A program made the position numbers and the translations under genes. 64,000 bases of DNA from an uncultured Bacteroidota bacterium (GTDB taxonomy: Bacteria > CLD3 > SB21), in contig CAZJBS010000006.1 in the NCBI GenBank assembly GCA_964544475.1, positions 106,951 to 170,950 on the forward strand, in the 5' to 3' direction. The first letter of the stretch is position 1; each line of letters opens with the position of its first letter. This document shows, one piece after another, positions 1 to 10,297 of the stretch. The notes beneath the pieces are model-generated. The model had not been told where the DNA came from, did not search any database, and saw nothing but the letters and a program-made list of their open reading frames with translations.

Positions 1-656
1 CGTTTCGTCAAATCTCCTTCTCCTTCCGCGATGTCCTTGAGTCTCTCCACGACTCCGGTAATGGGTTTGATCAGGATATTGCTAAAAATATATGCCCCAA
101 CCATACCCATGCTCACGGTCAGCAGCAGCAGTATGACGGCAAATCCAATGTCCGAGCGCAATTGACTTGAAATCTCCTCCGTTGACACGCCCGCCACCAG
201 AACGCCGATCTCATTGCCCACACCATTTTGCACCGGCAGAATAATCGATTTGACATCAAACGCCTCAAATAGCCGCGAAGACTGCCCCTCTTTGTGCATG
301 GCTTCATTTTCCGACAAGACCATGGCGAGCATGTCTTTCTCAATGGACGGATCCCGAAAATAGCCGGTGAAAACCTGGCCGGTAGCGTCCAGGGCAAGCA
401 CGTACTCGTTTGTACCTTTCACCGCGGCAAAATTGTCCATCACCGTCGCCTTATCCCCAAAATCCAACCCTGCACTGATGTTTTTGGCCGTTATTTCGGC
501 ATTGCGTTGCAACAGCCGTTCCTGCGCTTCGACAGCCGTGTTGTGTAAGCGAATCAGGAAAATCACCGCCACGAGCGTCATAAAGAACAAACCGAACGCC
601 GCGTAACCGGCCATCATCTTGGTACGCATTCTGAGATTCAGAAAATAATTCAGCAT
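1..656 (-). CDS. Sensor protein, N-terminal part (TM1 - periplasmic domain - TM2 - HAMP). It runs off the window start; likely an MCP or sensor kinase.
   Basis: Reverse-strand ORF starts at ATG 656 (MLNYFLNLRMRTKMMAGYAAFGLFFMTLVAVIFLI...). It has two hydrophobic segments and ends at the window edge with a HAMP-like IKPITGVVERLKDIAEGEGDLTK. It is absent from the ORF track because it is truncated. Confidence 0.5.
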   Translation of the reverse strand, partial: MLNYFLNLRMRTKMMAGYAAFGLFFMTLVAVIFLIRLHNTAVEAQERLLQRNAEITAKNISAGLDFGDKATVMDNFAAVKGTNEYVLALDATGQVFTGYFRDPSIEKDMLAMVLSENEAMHKEGQSSRLFEAFDVKSIILPVQNGVGNEIGVLVAGVSTEEISSQLRSDIGFAVILLLLTVSMGMVGAYIFSNILIKPITGVVERLKDIAEGEGDLTK

Positions 657-684
657 TGAAATCTCCTGCTAGGATCTTGGGATC

Positions 685-1476
685 TCACCGAACGGCGCCC
701 TCCAATGATCCGGACATTCGTTCTTCCAGTTCTTGGGCCGCCTCTTGTACGGAAATGGCCTTAATGCTTTCATGTGTTGTCACGCGTTCGCTCTTGAGAA
801 ACCGGGCCCGATCCAGCGAATCCATTCGTGATTTCTGACGCAACGCTTCCCGCTGAATTCGTTCCTGCTCAGACAGAATCGGGTCTGACAACTGCCATTT
901 CTTTCGAAGTCTGTTTGTCGGTGCCGTCGTACGGATCTCTCGCGCAGACTCCGATGTATCAGAAAAAACAGGTTCAGAACTCTGGTTCGTTTGGTCCAAT
1001 AACAGAAATATGATACAAAGAACACCCAGCACCGCACCACCACCGTTGACATACTGGTTCAGTCGTTTTTCTTTCTTGAGCTTCTTGGCGACTTTTTCAT
1101 CCAGCGTCAACATCTCGGTTGGATCGGTAATGCGTTCCGGAGCGATTTCTGGAAGGGATTCGCCATCCATCACCACTGTCGTGACGGGCACCGCGTAGAT
1201 GTCTTCAGAGACAAAATGGAGCTTCTGACGAATTCGGTTGTATTCTCCCACAAGATCACTTCCGTTCAGTCCAACCGCATCGGAGAGCGTTTTCAGATAT
1301 CCCGTGATGAAGACCTGCGTCGTAAAATCAAAATCCCCTCCTTCGAGGCGAAAAATAACAGCTTTCGACAAACGGGTCTTCCGGTTGATTTGCTCCACGG
1401 TTAGGCCTTTCTCCTCTCTGGCCGATTTCAACATGGATGCCATAGGCTGGAATTCATCTCTTGCTGTCGACATCAT
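685..1476 (-). CDS. RodZ-like helix-turn-helix (XRE/HTH_25) membrane protein
   Basis: N-terminal LKSAREEKGLTVEQINRKTRLSKAVIFRLEGGDFDF...GYLKTLSDAVGL matches the RodZ/cytoskeletal HTH motif. A single TM segment (VLGVLCIIFLLL) follows. Overlaps maf by 4 bp. Confidence 0.6.
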   Translation of the reverse strand: MMSTARDEFQPMASMLKSAREEKGLTVEQINRKTRLSKAVIFRLEGGDFDFTTQVFITGYLKTLSDAVGLNGSDLVGEYNRIRQKLHFVSEDIYAVPVTTVVMDGESLPEIAPERITDPTEMLTLDEKVAKKLKKEKRLNQYVNGGGAVLGVLCIIFLLLDQTNQSSEPVFSDTSESAREIRTTAPTNRLRKKWQLSDPILSEQERIQREALRQKSRMDSLDRARFLKSERVTTHESIKAISVQEAAQELEERMSGSLEGAVR

Positions 1477-2078
1477 TGGGCCTGAATTTGGAAGTGCGCA
1501 TTCAGCGCCTGGTAGACGTTGGTGATGGGTAAACCCACCACATTGTAAAAATCACCTTCGATGCTTTCGACGAAAACGGCGCTGGCGTCTTGAATCCCAT
1601 ATGACCCGGCTTTGTCAAAGGGCGCCCCGGTCGCAATGTACCGATCAATGTCGTCAGAATTCAACTTTCGGAATGTTACACGTGTCATCTCCACTCCGAT
1701 ATGGGCGGTGTCTTTCGCGCGGTGAACCAACGCATAGGCCGTGTGGACCTCGTGCGTTCGTCCACTTAGCATTTCCAGCATTTCACGTGCCGCGCCCGCA
1801 TCGACCGGTTTTCCGAGGACGCTGTCATCAATAAGGACAATAGTATCGGCCGCAAGCACGATTCGGTCCGGCCACCGATTAGCCACGGGTAATGCCTTGT
1901 CCAGAGCCAGACGCCGGGCCTCCAATACGGGATTGTCACCCTGGAGTGTCTCGTCCACATGGCTTGGCTCGACAACAAAATCAAAACCAACCTGGGCTAG
2001 TATCTGCGCTCGCCTGGGCGAGGAGGATGCCAGCACAATTTGGCCAAATTTTCGTCGCAGATAGTCATTTTGATTCAT
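1473..2078 (-). CDS. maf: Maf-like nucleoside triphosphate pyrophosphatase (septum formation protein Maf)
   Basis: IVLASSSPRRAQILAQVGFDFVV...GKP...YGIQD motifs are typical of the Maf/YhdE family. 201 aa. Confidence 0.9.
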   Translation of the reverse strand: MNQNDYLRRKFGQIVLASSSPRRAQILAQVGFDFVVEPSHVDETLQGDNPVLEARRLALDKALPVANRWPDRIVLAADTIVLIDDSVLGKPVDAGAAREMLEMLSGRTHEVHTAYALVHRAKDTAHIGVEMTRVTFRKLNSDDIDRYIATGAPFDKAGSYGIQDASAVFVESIEGDFYNVVGLPITNVYQALNAHFQIQAQ

Positions 2079-2150
2079 GCCTGAGCCGGAATGAGAACAC
2101 GAAATCAGGTTGATCCCGTAAGGGATAGGATAAGCTTATTTACTGTTTTT

Positions 2151-2178
2151 TAATATATTGGAAATAAGCAGAATTGAC
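2151..2178 (-). promoter_or_regulatory. Candidate sigma70-type promoter for the maf / rodZ-like / sensor operon
   Basis: Minus strand reads TTGTCA - 17 nt - TATATT, about 70 nt upstream of the maf start. Confidence 0.35.
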
Positions 2179-2240
2179 AAGTTCTTTTTGGGGACGGCTG
2201 GCCTCGCCCCCAGGGCAGTCCTCAGTCCAAATTTTAAGAA

Positions 2241-3791
2241 CTACAGGGGTATGTTGCCGTGTTTCTTTTTCGGATTGGAGTCGACTTTGTTCTCCAACAT
2301 GCGCAAAGACTTGATGAGCCGCGCACGTGTCGAAGAGGGTTCGATGACATCATCAATGTAACCTCTTTCGGCGGCATGATAGGGATTGGCAAATTTCTCC
2401 TGATAGTCCGTGATCAATTTTGACTCCGTATCCTGCGGATCAGGCGAATTCTCAATTTCTTTCTTGAAAATGATCTCGACCGCACCCTTGGCGCCCATGA
2501 CAGCGATTTCGGCCGTGGGCCATGCGAAATTGACATCGCCACGAATGTGTTTTGAATTCATGACGTCATAGGCTCCACCATAGGCCTTCCGTGTAATGAC
2601 CGTAATTTTTGGAACGGTGGCCTCGCAGAAAGCGTACAACAGTTTTGCTCCATGGCGGATAATACCGCGCCATTCCTGATCGCTGCCCGGCAGGAAACCC
2701 GGGACATCCTCAAAGACCACAAGCGGGATATTAAACGCATCACAGAATCTTACAAATCGGGCGCCCTTGACCGAAGAATCGATGTCAAGCACTCCCGCCA
2801 GCACGGCCGGCTGGTTGGCCACAATGCCCACGGGACGTCCGTCCAATCTGGCAAAACCGACGATGATGTTTGCCGCAAAATCCTCGTGAATTTCGAGGAA
2901 GTCGCCATGGTCGACCACCAACCGGATTATTTCTTTCATGTCGTATGGCTTGTTGGCGTTGTCCGGAATGATGGTGGCCAGGGAGGCTTCCGCCCGGCTG
3001 ACCGGATCGTCGCATGAGGCCCGAGGCGGATCATCCAGGTTATTGGATGGCAGAAAGCCGACGAGTTTCTTGATCTTCATCATGCAATCGATCTCGCTCT
3101 CGGCCGCAAAATGGGCCACGCCGCTCTTGGCGGCATGAGTCAATGCACCTCCGAGTGCTTCCGAAGTGATTTCCTCATGAGTCACCGTCTTGACAACGTT
3201 CGGACCGGTGACAAACATATAACTGGTGTTCTTGACCATAAACACAAAGTCCGTGATGGCGGGAGAATACACCGCTCCGCCGGCGCACGGTCCCATGATC
3301 GCAGAAATCTGTGGAATCACTCCGGACGCCAGTGTATTCAGAAGAAAGATGTCGGCGTACCCGCCCAGACTGACCACACCTTCCTGAATGCGCGCCCCTC
3401 CCGAATCATTGATGCCGATGACCGGCGCGCCCATCTTCATGGCCATTTTCATGACTTTGACGATTTTTTCCGCATGCACTTCAGAGAGACTCCCGCCAAA
3501 TACCGTGAAATCCTGGCTGAAAATGTACACCAGGCGCGAATCGATAGTTCCATAGCCCGTCACGACACCGTCCCCAAGTGGCCTATCCTGTTCCAGTCCG
3601 AAGGCCGTCGACCGATGCCTTGTCAGCATATCGATCTCCTCAAAACTCCCATCGTCCAGCAGCAGGTCGATACGCTCGCGCGCCGTGAGCTTTCCTTTCT
3701 TGTGTTGCGCCTCGATCCGCTTCTGACCGCCGCCGAGTCGGGCTTCCTGTTTCAGTTTTTTCAGGTGTTCGGATTTCTTACTCAGTGACAT
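2241..3791 (-). CDS. Acyl-CoA carboxylase carboxyltransferase subunit (propionyl-CoA carboxylase beta / methylmalonyl-CoA decarboxylase alpha family)
   Basis: 516 aa with carboxyltransferase N and C domains. Motifs include [35 protein letters not shown], and [13 protein letters not shown]. No biotin carboxylase partner is adjacent. Confidence 0.9.
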   Translation of the reverse strand: MSLSKKSEHLKKLKQEARLGGGQKRIEAQHKKGKLTARERIDLLLDDGSFEEIDMLTRHRSTAFGLEQDRPLGDGVVTGYGTIDSRLVYIFSQDFTVFGGSLSEVHAEKIVKVMKMAMKMGAPVIGINDSGGARIQEGVVSLGGYADIFLLNTLASGVIPQISAIMGPCAGGAVYSPAITDFVFMVKNTSYMFVTGPNVVKTVTHEEITSEALGGALTHAAKSGVAHFAAESEIDCMMKIKKLVGFLPSNNLDDPPRASCDDPVSRAEASLATIIPDNANKPYDMKEIIRLVVDHGDFLEIHEDFAANIIVGFARLDGRPVGIVANQPAVLAGVLDIDSSVKGARFVRFCDAFNIPLVVFEDVPGFLPGSDQEWRGIIRHGAKLLYAFCEATVPKITVITRKAYGGAYDVMNSKHIRGDVNFAWPTAEIAVMGAKGAVEIIFKKEIENSPDPQDTESKLITDYQEKFANPYHAAERGYIDDVIEPSSTRARLIKSLRMLENKVDSNPKKKHGNIPL

Positions 3792-3803
3792 CGGTGCTCC
3801 GGT

Positions 3804-4850
3804 TCATTTGAACGGTGGTAGAATAGTTCCTATTGCATACGGCGTATCGCTGACCGGCAGAAACTTGATGACGTTCGTATCACTTATCGTCGCCGCCACG
3901 GCCGCGAGACTATCCGACGAATAACCCCAATAGTTGTGCGTCATGTTGCACACGGCGCTGGCCGGATCGACCAGAACATTGTAGCCGCCTGGGAAGTTGT
4001 CAAAAATGTTGCTTTCGGTCACCATCAATTCGTCGGTCAGCTGAAAAAGGCTTATGCCATAATGGCTTCCCGAGAATTCGCACGATGTCACGGTTCCGTA
4101 CCCATGCCGGACCATTAATCCGATGCCGTCGGCACCGCCGGCATTCTGAAGCAGGCGACTCCGGGACATGCGGATGGCCGACGTATCAAGCCTGATACCG
4201 AATTCGGCATTTCTAACGAAATCGGATCCGTCAACGAAGACGACGCTTCCGGTCGCCATCAGGCCACCACGATTATTCGAAAAGGTACACTGGGTAATCA
4301 CCAGACTGTCCACGTCACTGGCCAAAACTCCATAACCTTCCGAAACGTCCGAAGAATCCGCCCGATCGAACAAACAATTCTCCAGCGTGACCCGGTGCCC
4401 GGTCGCCCGTATGGCTGTTTTTGGGTACAAAAAACGGCAGTGTTTGAATGTGGAGATTTGCCCTGAACCCTCCAGGATAACGGATCCCCAGTCCCCCGGT
4501 TGTCGGTTGCCTTCATCGGATACCGGCACAAACATAATCGGTTTTTCCGGCTCGCCAAGCGCCACAATGTTGCCTTCCATGGCCATATTCCTTCGCCGTG
4601 ATTCCCGGTCTTTCAGATCAAAGACAATTTCAACTCCGGCTTCGATCGTCAGCGTCGAACCATGAAAACATCCGAAGTCGTCGACAATAAGATACGGACT
4701 CGCATCCACAGACAAAACAATGTCCTGCGAGTACATGCCCGATAATTTCGTATAACGTCGACCGGATTGTGAATCAATGGCCTCGCGACATGAGAGAACA
4801 CATAGAAAGTAGACGAATGACGTTGCTCGATTTTGAAGTGGCAATGACAA
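3804..4850 (-). CDS. Secreted right-handed parallel beta-helix repeat protein (pectin-lyase fold)
   Basis: N-terminal signal peptide. Repeated segments (...ITQCTFSNNRGG..., ...VTSCEFSGSHYG..., ...TESNIFDNFPGG...) are typical of PbH1 repeats. Confidence 0.55.
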   Translation of the reverse strand: MSLPLQNRATSFVYFLCVLSCREAIDSQSGRRYTKLSGMYSQDIVLSVDASPYLIVDDFGCFHGSTLTIEAGVEIVFDLKDRESRRRNMAMEGNIVALGEPEKPIMFVPVSDEGNRQPGDWGSVILEGSGQISTFKHCRFLYPKTAIRATGHRVTLENCLFDRADSSDVSEGYGVLASDVDSLVITQCTFSNNRGGLMATGSVVFVDGSDFVRNAEFGIRLDTSAIRMSRSRLLQNAGGADGIGLMVRHGYGTVTSCEFSGSHYGISLFQLTDELMVTESNIFDNFPGGYNVLVDPASAVCNMTHNYWGYSSDSLAAVAATISDTNVIKFLPVSDTPYAIGTILPPFK

Positions 4851-4944
4851 TCTCTAACCACTAAATTGAAGAACGAATGGCGCGTGAGGAACTATAAATG
4901 AACTTATCAACATTCCTTTTGAATTTCAATTCAAAATTCCCCAT

Positions 4945-7833
4945 ATGAAGGACATCCCCTGGGACTGCTCTGAATTTGATAATCCTTCCGTCGCCCGCGC
5001 TATTCTGGCCGAATTGGCCCATGATATCTCCGACGACAGCTTATCGTTCATTCCCCGCCTGGTGGCCGGCGCCGTACGTACGCCTCTGCCCGATGACATT
5101 CTTAACAAGATTCATCGGCTCTCCAAGTCGGTGATAAGCCGGCCGTCGCTGTTCCGGCTCTTCGGCGACTATCCACCCGTCGTTGATCGCTTGGTACGTC
5201 TCTTTTCAACGAGCCATTACCTGAGTGAGATCATCATCCGCGATTCTGAAATGACGTCCCTCCTGATTAATCCCGACACGTCATGCCGCCCAACATCGTT
5301 GGATTGGCTTGCGGGAGAATTCAAACGCATTCTTGACAACCCGGTCGACAACCCGGCGCGAAAGCTGGATCGAATGCGTGTCACCAAACGGCGGGAGCTC
5401 CTCAGGATAGGCATCCGGGACTACCTGCTTGACGAAACATTCGACCGCGTGCTGGAACAGATTTCCATACTCGCCGATGCCACCATACAAGCCGTCCTCT
5501 CGCTCAACGAAGATGTACTTGCCGCGCGACATGGCCGGCCAGCCTCGCCATTCGTCGTCATCGCTCTTGGCAAATTGGGAGGTAATGAACTGAACTATAG
5601 TTCCGATGTCGATTTGATATTTGTGTACGACCAGGAGGGAACGGTCGGTCGAATCACTCATCATGAATTCTTCAACGATCTTGCCGGCATGACGATCGCC
5701 TCCCTGTCGACGAGCACGCGGGAAGGCCTGTTGTACAGGGCCGATGCCCGATTGCGTCCGGACGGTCAGGCCGGACCACTGGCCCGAAGCCAGACGTCGA
5801 TGATGCGATATTACGAAAACCGCGGACAACTCTGGGAACGCCAAATGTTGATCAAAGCGCGGCCTGTCGCCGGTGACGTGAGCTTTGGCGAAAAATTTCT
5901 ATCACAACTCCAGCCATTTGTATATCCGCGGACGTTCCTGACATCTCCGCTCGATGAAATTGCACGCATGAAGTGGCGTATTGAGGACCATCGCCGTCAT
6001 GATGTTTTCAATGTAAAAACAAGTCCCGGCGGCATACGTGATATTGAGTTCATCGTCCAGGCGCTTCAATTGTTGCACGGTGGTCCACGTCGCGAATTGC
6101 GCACACCGAACACCCTGGATGCTTTGATCAGGCTTCGTGACGCGGGCCTGCTCACCGCAGCCGAGTATGACACTTTGCGGGATGCATACGTGTGGTACCG
6201 CCAGGTTGAACATCTGCTGCAAATTGACCAGGACCTGCAAACGCATACGATCTCAGACACTCCTGCACAGTGGCGAAGATTGGCGATGCTGACCGGTTTT
6301 CAGGAGCCACGGGTTTTCCAGGATGTTTTCGCGCGTACCCGCGTCAAGGTGCGGGAATTCTATGATGCATTCTTCTTTGCGAAGGACACCAAGGAACACG
6401 GCGATCTCATGGGATTGCTGGGGACGGAGACCATCTCCAAAGAACAGAGTTTTACGTTGGAAAGAATGGGGTTCCAAATGCCCGACCAGGCTCATCGCGC
6501 CCTGAGATCTTTGCATACCGGAGAGTTTCCGCATCTCAATTCCAATTCAGAAAGGTCAGCCTTCGAAAACCTCGCCGGGAAACTCATGGACGACATCCGG
6601 ACCATGCCGGATCCCGATCACACGATAAGCAATCTGGCCCGCATCCTTTCGCCGCAACGCTTCAAAGACCAATTCTACCAAAGCCTCCTGGAGAAGGACA
6701 TCTTACGCAGGGTTTTGGTTCACTTCAGTGCGTTGTCGCCGTCTGTCACGAACATCCTTTGTGACAGACCTTCCTTTCTGGGCTTTGTTGAGTCCCATTT
6801 GTCAGACTGGGCGGTGGATCGTCCAGCCACCCAGAACGCAGCCCTTGAGATCGGCGATTGGTACGCTCTCAAGGATATGACGTTCTTGAAGCTGCTTATC
6901 AAAGACACCCTTGGTTTCATCGATCAAGATCAACTGCACCAGGCTCTAACGGAACTCGCGCAAGAGATACTGAAAGGGATTTTCGACGAAGTATTCAGCC
7001 CCGACGATCGCGTCGCTGTTATTGCCATGGGCAAACTCGGAGGCCGCGAACTGTCATTCCGATCCGATCTTGATGTGATATTTGTCTGCGACAACGGAAG
7101 TGCCGTGGACGGTCTGATTGCCAAAGCGAAGGCTTTCCTAAACCTGATTTGTCGAATAACGCCTTCTGGAAAACTCTATGACATTGATGCACGCCTGAGG
7201 CCAGAAGGCAAACAGGCTCCGCTTGTCGTGACCATTGACCGATACAGAAGCTATTATGCCACCCGAGCCATGACATGGGAAATTCAGGCCCTGATCAAAG
7301 CGCGACTTCTTTTGGGGCACGAAAAAACCAGCAAAATAGCCATGGAACTGTTAGAGGATATTCTGTGGGGCGTGCCCTGGAAACCTTCTCAAACGCAGGA
7401 GATTGCCGACATGAGAAGGCGACAGGCGATGGAGAAAGCCCCGCGTCTCGATGACGTATCTTTTGAGTACAAGTACGTCACCGGAGGATTGCTGGACATC
7501 GAGTATGCCGTTCAGGCCCTCCAACTGACGCATCGCGTGGCCTCACCCACTACCCTTACGGCACTTACACGACTCCACGAAAAAGGAATCGTGGGGCGCG
7601 ATTCCTTTGAGACCCTTGCACATAACTACCGGTTTCTCAGAGAGATTGAAAAATGGAATTTCTTGTTATTTGAAAAAAGAACCGCCAGACTGCCTTCCGA
7701 CGAAAAACAGCTTGCTTTTCTGGCAAGATTTTGTAAATTAAGGAGTACGGAACATCTAATGTCATCTCTTTCCAATGCAAAGAATCAGAATCGCACTTTT
7801 TTTTCTGAAGTAATTGGGAAACACGTTCCATGA
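4945..7833 (+). CDS. glnE: Bifunctional glutamine synthetase adenylyltransferase / adenylyl-removing enzyme GlnE
   Basis: 962 aa with two nucleotidyltransferase modules: GKLGGNELNYSSDVDLIFVYD and GKLGGRELSFRSDLDVIFVCD. Confidence 0.92.
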   Translation: MKDIPWDCSEFDNPSVARAILAELAHDISDDSLSFIPRLVAGAVRTPLPDDILNKIHRLSKSVISRPSLFRLFGDYPPVVDRLVRLFSTSHYLSEIIIRDSEMTSLLINPDTSCRPTSLDWLAGEFKRILDNPVDNPARKLDRMRVTKRRELLRIGIRDYLLDETFDRVLEQISILADATIQAVLSLNEDVLAARHGRPASPFVVIALGKLGGNELNYSSDVDLIFVYDQEGTVGRITHHEFFNDLAGMTIASLSTSTREGLLYRADARLRPDGQAGPLARSQTSMMRYYENRGQLWERQMLIKARPVAGDVSFGEKFLSQLQPFVYPRTFLTSPLDEIARMKWRIEDHRRHDVFNVKTSPGGIRDIEFIVQALQLLHGGPRRELRTPNTLDALIRLRDAGLLTAAEYDTLRDAYVWYRQVEHLLQIDQDLQTHTISDTPAQWRRLAMLTGFQEPRVFQDVFARTRVKVREFYDAFFFAKDTKEHGDLMGLLGTETISKEQSFTLERMGFQMPDQAHRALRSLHTGEFPHLNSNSERSAFENLAGKLMDDIRTMPDPDHTISNLARILSPQRFKDQFYQSLLEKDILRRVLVHFSALSPSVTNILCDRPSFLGFVESHLSDWAVDRPATQNAALEIGDWYALKDMTFLKLLIKDTLGFIDQDQLHQALTELAQEILKGIFDEVFSPDDRVAVIAMGKLGGRELSFRSDLDVIFVCDNGSAVDGLIAKAKAFLNLICRITPSGKLYDIDARLRPEGKQAPLVVTIDRYRSYYATRAMTWEIQALIKARLLLGHEKTSKIAMELLEDILWGVPWKPSQTQEIADMRRRQAMEKAPRLDDVSFEYKYVTGGLLDIEYAVQALQLTHRVASPTTLTALTRLHEKGIVGRDSFETLAHNYRFLREIEKWNFLLFEKRTARLPSDEKQLAFLARFCKLRSTEHLMSSLSNAKNQNRTFFSEVIGKHVP

Positions 7834-8252
7834 ATAATGAACTGCAATACGTTAGAGACGCTGATTTTCCGGGGATTCCCATTCTCGGTAAGATCGCGGC
7901 CGGAGTCCCGCGATTTTTTGACGAAACAACGCTGGGGTATGTTCAGCCTGAAACCCATCGATACTCGATTTATGACCAGAATCTCTACGCTCTGCAAGTC
8001 ACCGGTGACAGCATGATCGAGGACGGCATTTTTGACGGCAATTTCATCGTGGTCAAGAATACGCATGATTTTGCGAATGGCGATATTGTCATCGCGTATG
8101 TCAACGAAGAGGCCACCGTAAAGAGAATCTACCGCCGCGGTTCGCGGGTGACTCTCCAACCGGCCAATTCCGAACTTCAGCCTATTGAAATCGACCTCAA
8201 GCATACGGAATTCCGGCTCGGCGGCAAGGTCATTGATGTCATTCGTAATTGA
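7830..8252 (+). CDS. S24-family peptidase, LexA C-terminal / UmuD-like, with no DNA-binding domain
   Basis: 140 aa aligning along its length with the LexA linker and catalytic domain: GKIAAGVP (Ala-Gly cleavage site), GDSMIEDGI (Ser nucleophile), TVKRI (Lys). Only 15 residues precede the linker. The start overlaps the glnE stop (ATGA). Confidence 0.8.
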   Translation: MNNELQYVRDADFPGIPILGKIAAGVPRFFDETTLGYVQPETHRYSIYDQNLYALQVTGDSMIEDGIFDGNFIVVKNTHDFANGDIVIAYVNEEATVKRIYRRGSRVTLQPANSELQPIEIDLKHTEFRLGGKVIDVIRN

Positions 8253-8279
8253 GTCTGGCAGTTTCATTGCCGATTGGCA

Positions 8280-8311
8280 TCCCAAAAGCTCTGCTTTTGG
8301 GATTTTTTTTA
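8280..8311 (+). terminator. Rho-independent terminator after the S24 peptidase gene
   Basis: TCCCAAAAG-CTCTGC-TTTTGGGA hairpin followed by TTTTTTTT. Confidence 0.75.
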
Positions 8312-8322
8312 TTTGACGCACC

Positions 8323-9957
8323 ATGAAAATCGCCCTGGCCCAACTGAACACGAGGGTTGGCGACATCGCGGCCAACACTGACCGCATCATTCGAAGCATC
8401 GAAGAGGCCCGATCAAGAAAAGCCGATCTGCTCGTGTTTCCCGAATTGAGCGTCGTCGGATATCCCCCGCTTGATCTGGTCGAGAAGTCTATCCTCGTCG
8501 ACAAGAACCTGGCATCCCTCGAACGCATACGATTGGCAACTCACGGAATCGGAGTCGTCTGCGGTTTCATTTCACGGCATTCATCGGACGGTGGACGGCC
8601 TTTGTTGAATTCCGCCGCGCTGTTTGACGACACACGGATGATCGGTATCAGTCATAAGTCCCTGCTTCCCAACTACGATGTGTTCGATGAGTACAGGCAT
8701 TTTGAACCGGCCACGCAGCGGCGCGTTCTGGACTTCCGTGGTCAGAAAATAGGGTTATCGATCTGCGAGGACGCCTGGAATGACAAAGGCTTCTGGAACA
8801 AGCCGCTTTATCCAATCAATCCGGTTGAGGATCTGGCCTCACAGGGCGCCCAGGTTCTCATCAACATTTCGGCCTCTCCCTTTCACATTGGCAAACCAGC
8901 CTTGCGCGTCGAAATGTTCCGGCATATTGCCACAAAATACAACATGGCATCTGTATTTGTCAACCTGGTTGGCGGCAATGACAGCCTGATATTTGACGGA
9001 TGCAGCTTTGCCATGGATGCCAACGGACGGCTTCTCGGCCAATGCCGGGCCTTTGCCGAGGATCTTAATGTGGTAGACATGGACACGCCTTCAACCACTC
9101 CGTCCGATTGGCCGTCATCCGAAGAAGAACAGGTCTTCGCGGCCCTGGTGCTGGGTCTCAGGGATTATTTGTCCAAGTGTGGCTTCTCCAGGACGCTGGT
9201 GGGCTTGAGCGGCGGCATCGATTCGGCGCTGGTGGCCGTTCTTGCAGTCCACGCGGTTGGTCCTGAGAATGTCACAGGCGTATCCATGCCGTCACGATAT
9301 TCATCCGATCATAGCCGGCGGGATGCCCAACAACTGGCGGACAGGCTTGGAATACGCTACGAGAGCATCCCGATTGGGCGGGTATATGACAACTACCTTT
9401 CGACGCTTGAGGATGTCTTCCGGGGACTGAAGGAAGATACTACTGAGGAGAATCTCCAGGCCCGCATTCGAGGCAATATCCTCATGGCCCTTTCAAACAA
9501 ATTTAACGCCATGGTTCTCAGCACCGGCAACAAATCAGAGCTTGCCGTCGGTTATTGCACGATTTACGGTGACATGTGCGGCGGCCTGGCCGTCATCAGC
9601 GATGTTCCCAAGACCATGGTGTACCGTCTGGCCAGGTGGATCAACCGGGAAAGAGAGGTTATCCCCGCCAGCACGATTCAAAAGCCGCCCTCGGCGGAAC
9701 TGCGTCCTGATCAAACCGACCAGGATACCCTACCTCCGTATGACGTTCTTGATGGAATTCTGAAGGCGTATGTAGAAGAAATGAAAGAAGAGGATGAAAT
9801 AGTTGCCCTCGGCTATGACCCTGCCACAGTCCGGCGTGTCCTCAAACTGGTGGATCAAAACGAATACAAGCGACGGCAAGCGGCACCGGGCTTGCGCGTC
9901 ACGACCAAAGCCTTCGGATATGGACGTCGGATACCGATCGCCCAGGGCTGGCGGTAG
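8323..9957 (+). CDS. nadE: Glutamine-dependent NAD+ synthetase (nitrilase/CN-hydrolase domain + NAD synthetase domain)
   Basis: 544 aa. N-terminal carbon-nitrogen hydrolase domain (FPELSVVGYPPLDL, ICEDAW). C-terminal PP-loop SGGIDSALVA. Confidence 0.92.
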   Translation: MKIALAQLNTRVGDIAANTDRIIRSIEEARSRKADLLVFPELSVVGYPPLDLVEKSILVDKNLASLERIRLATHGIGVVCGFISRHSSDGGRPLLNSAALFDDTRMIGISHKSLLPNYDVFDEYRHFEPATQRRVLDFRGQKIGLSICEDAWNDKGFWNKPLYPINPVEDLASQGAQVLINISASPFHIGKPALRVEMFRHIATKYNMASVFVNLVGGNDSLIFDGCSFAMDANGRLLGQCRAFAEDLNVVDMDTPSTTPSDWPSSEEEQVFAALVLGLRDYLSKCGFSRTLVGLSGGIDSALVAVLAVHAVGPENVTGVSMPSRYSSDHSRRDAQQLADRLGIRYESIPIGRVYDNYLSTLEDVFRGLKEDTTEENLQARIRGNILMALSNKFNAMVLSTGNKSELAVGYCTIYGDMCGGLAVISDVPKTMVYRLARWINREREVIPASTIQKPPSAELRPDQTDQDTLPPYDVLDGILKAYVEEMKEEDEIVALGYDPATVRRVLKLVDQNEYKRRQAAPGLRVTTKAFGYGRRIPIAQGWR

Positions 9958-9959
9958 GA

Positions 9960-10265
9960 CTACTCAGCCACAGGATTCGAAGCAAGCCCCATGGCCGCTC
10001 TGATCTTGGCTACCAGAGACACCGGCATCGTGGCCCCAGCCAGTCCGTCTGCCCCGCCTTTGCGGTGGATAATCTCGATCAGCTTCTTCTCGAAGTGCAC
10101 TATGTCCCGGCATGGCAGACATACTTCGAGATGATCCTTATACTTCTCAATTTCAGAAAGGTCAAGTTGACCTTCGATAAAGAGGTACACTTTGCGCACA
10201 ATATCCGCACAAGGGATCTCGTGGTCGTGATGCCTCTCCAAAGAATCGCTGTAGCTTTGACTCAT
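9960..10265 (-). CDS. Zinc-associated (ZAS, zf-HC2) anti-sigma factor
   Basis: 101 aa with an HLEVCLPC (H-x3-C-x2-C) motif. Lies immediately downstream of, and co-directional with, the ECF sigma gene. Confidence 0.7.
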   Translation of the reverse strand: MSQSYSDSLERHHDHEIPCADIVRKVYLFIEGQLDLSEIEKYKDHLEVCLPCRDIVHFEKKLIEIIHRKGGADGLAGATMPVSLVAKIRAAMGLASNPVAE

Positions 10266-10297
10266 GCACGGTCCTTCTCTCTTTTAGGGTTCTCTCC

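Noticed and set aside
2191-2215. GGGGACGGCTGGCCTCGCCCC hairpin between the carboxyltransferase gene and maf
   Set aside because: The T-tract lies on the wrong side for a minus-strand terminator, and no plus-strand gene needs termination here. Likely an incidental GC palindrome.
3111-3788. 225-aa plus-strand ORF
   Set aside because: Antisense to the well-supported carboxyltransferase gene. Low-complexity H/R-rich translation.
5281-5844. 187-aa minus-strand ORF inside glnE
   Set aside because: Antisense shadow of glnE. No motifs.
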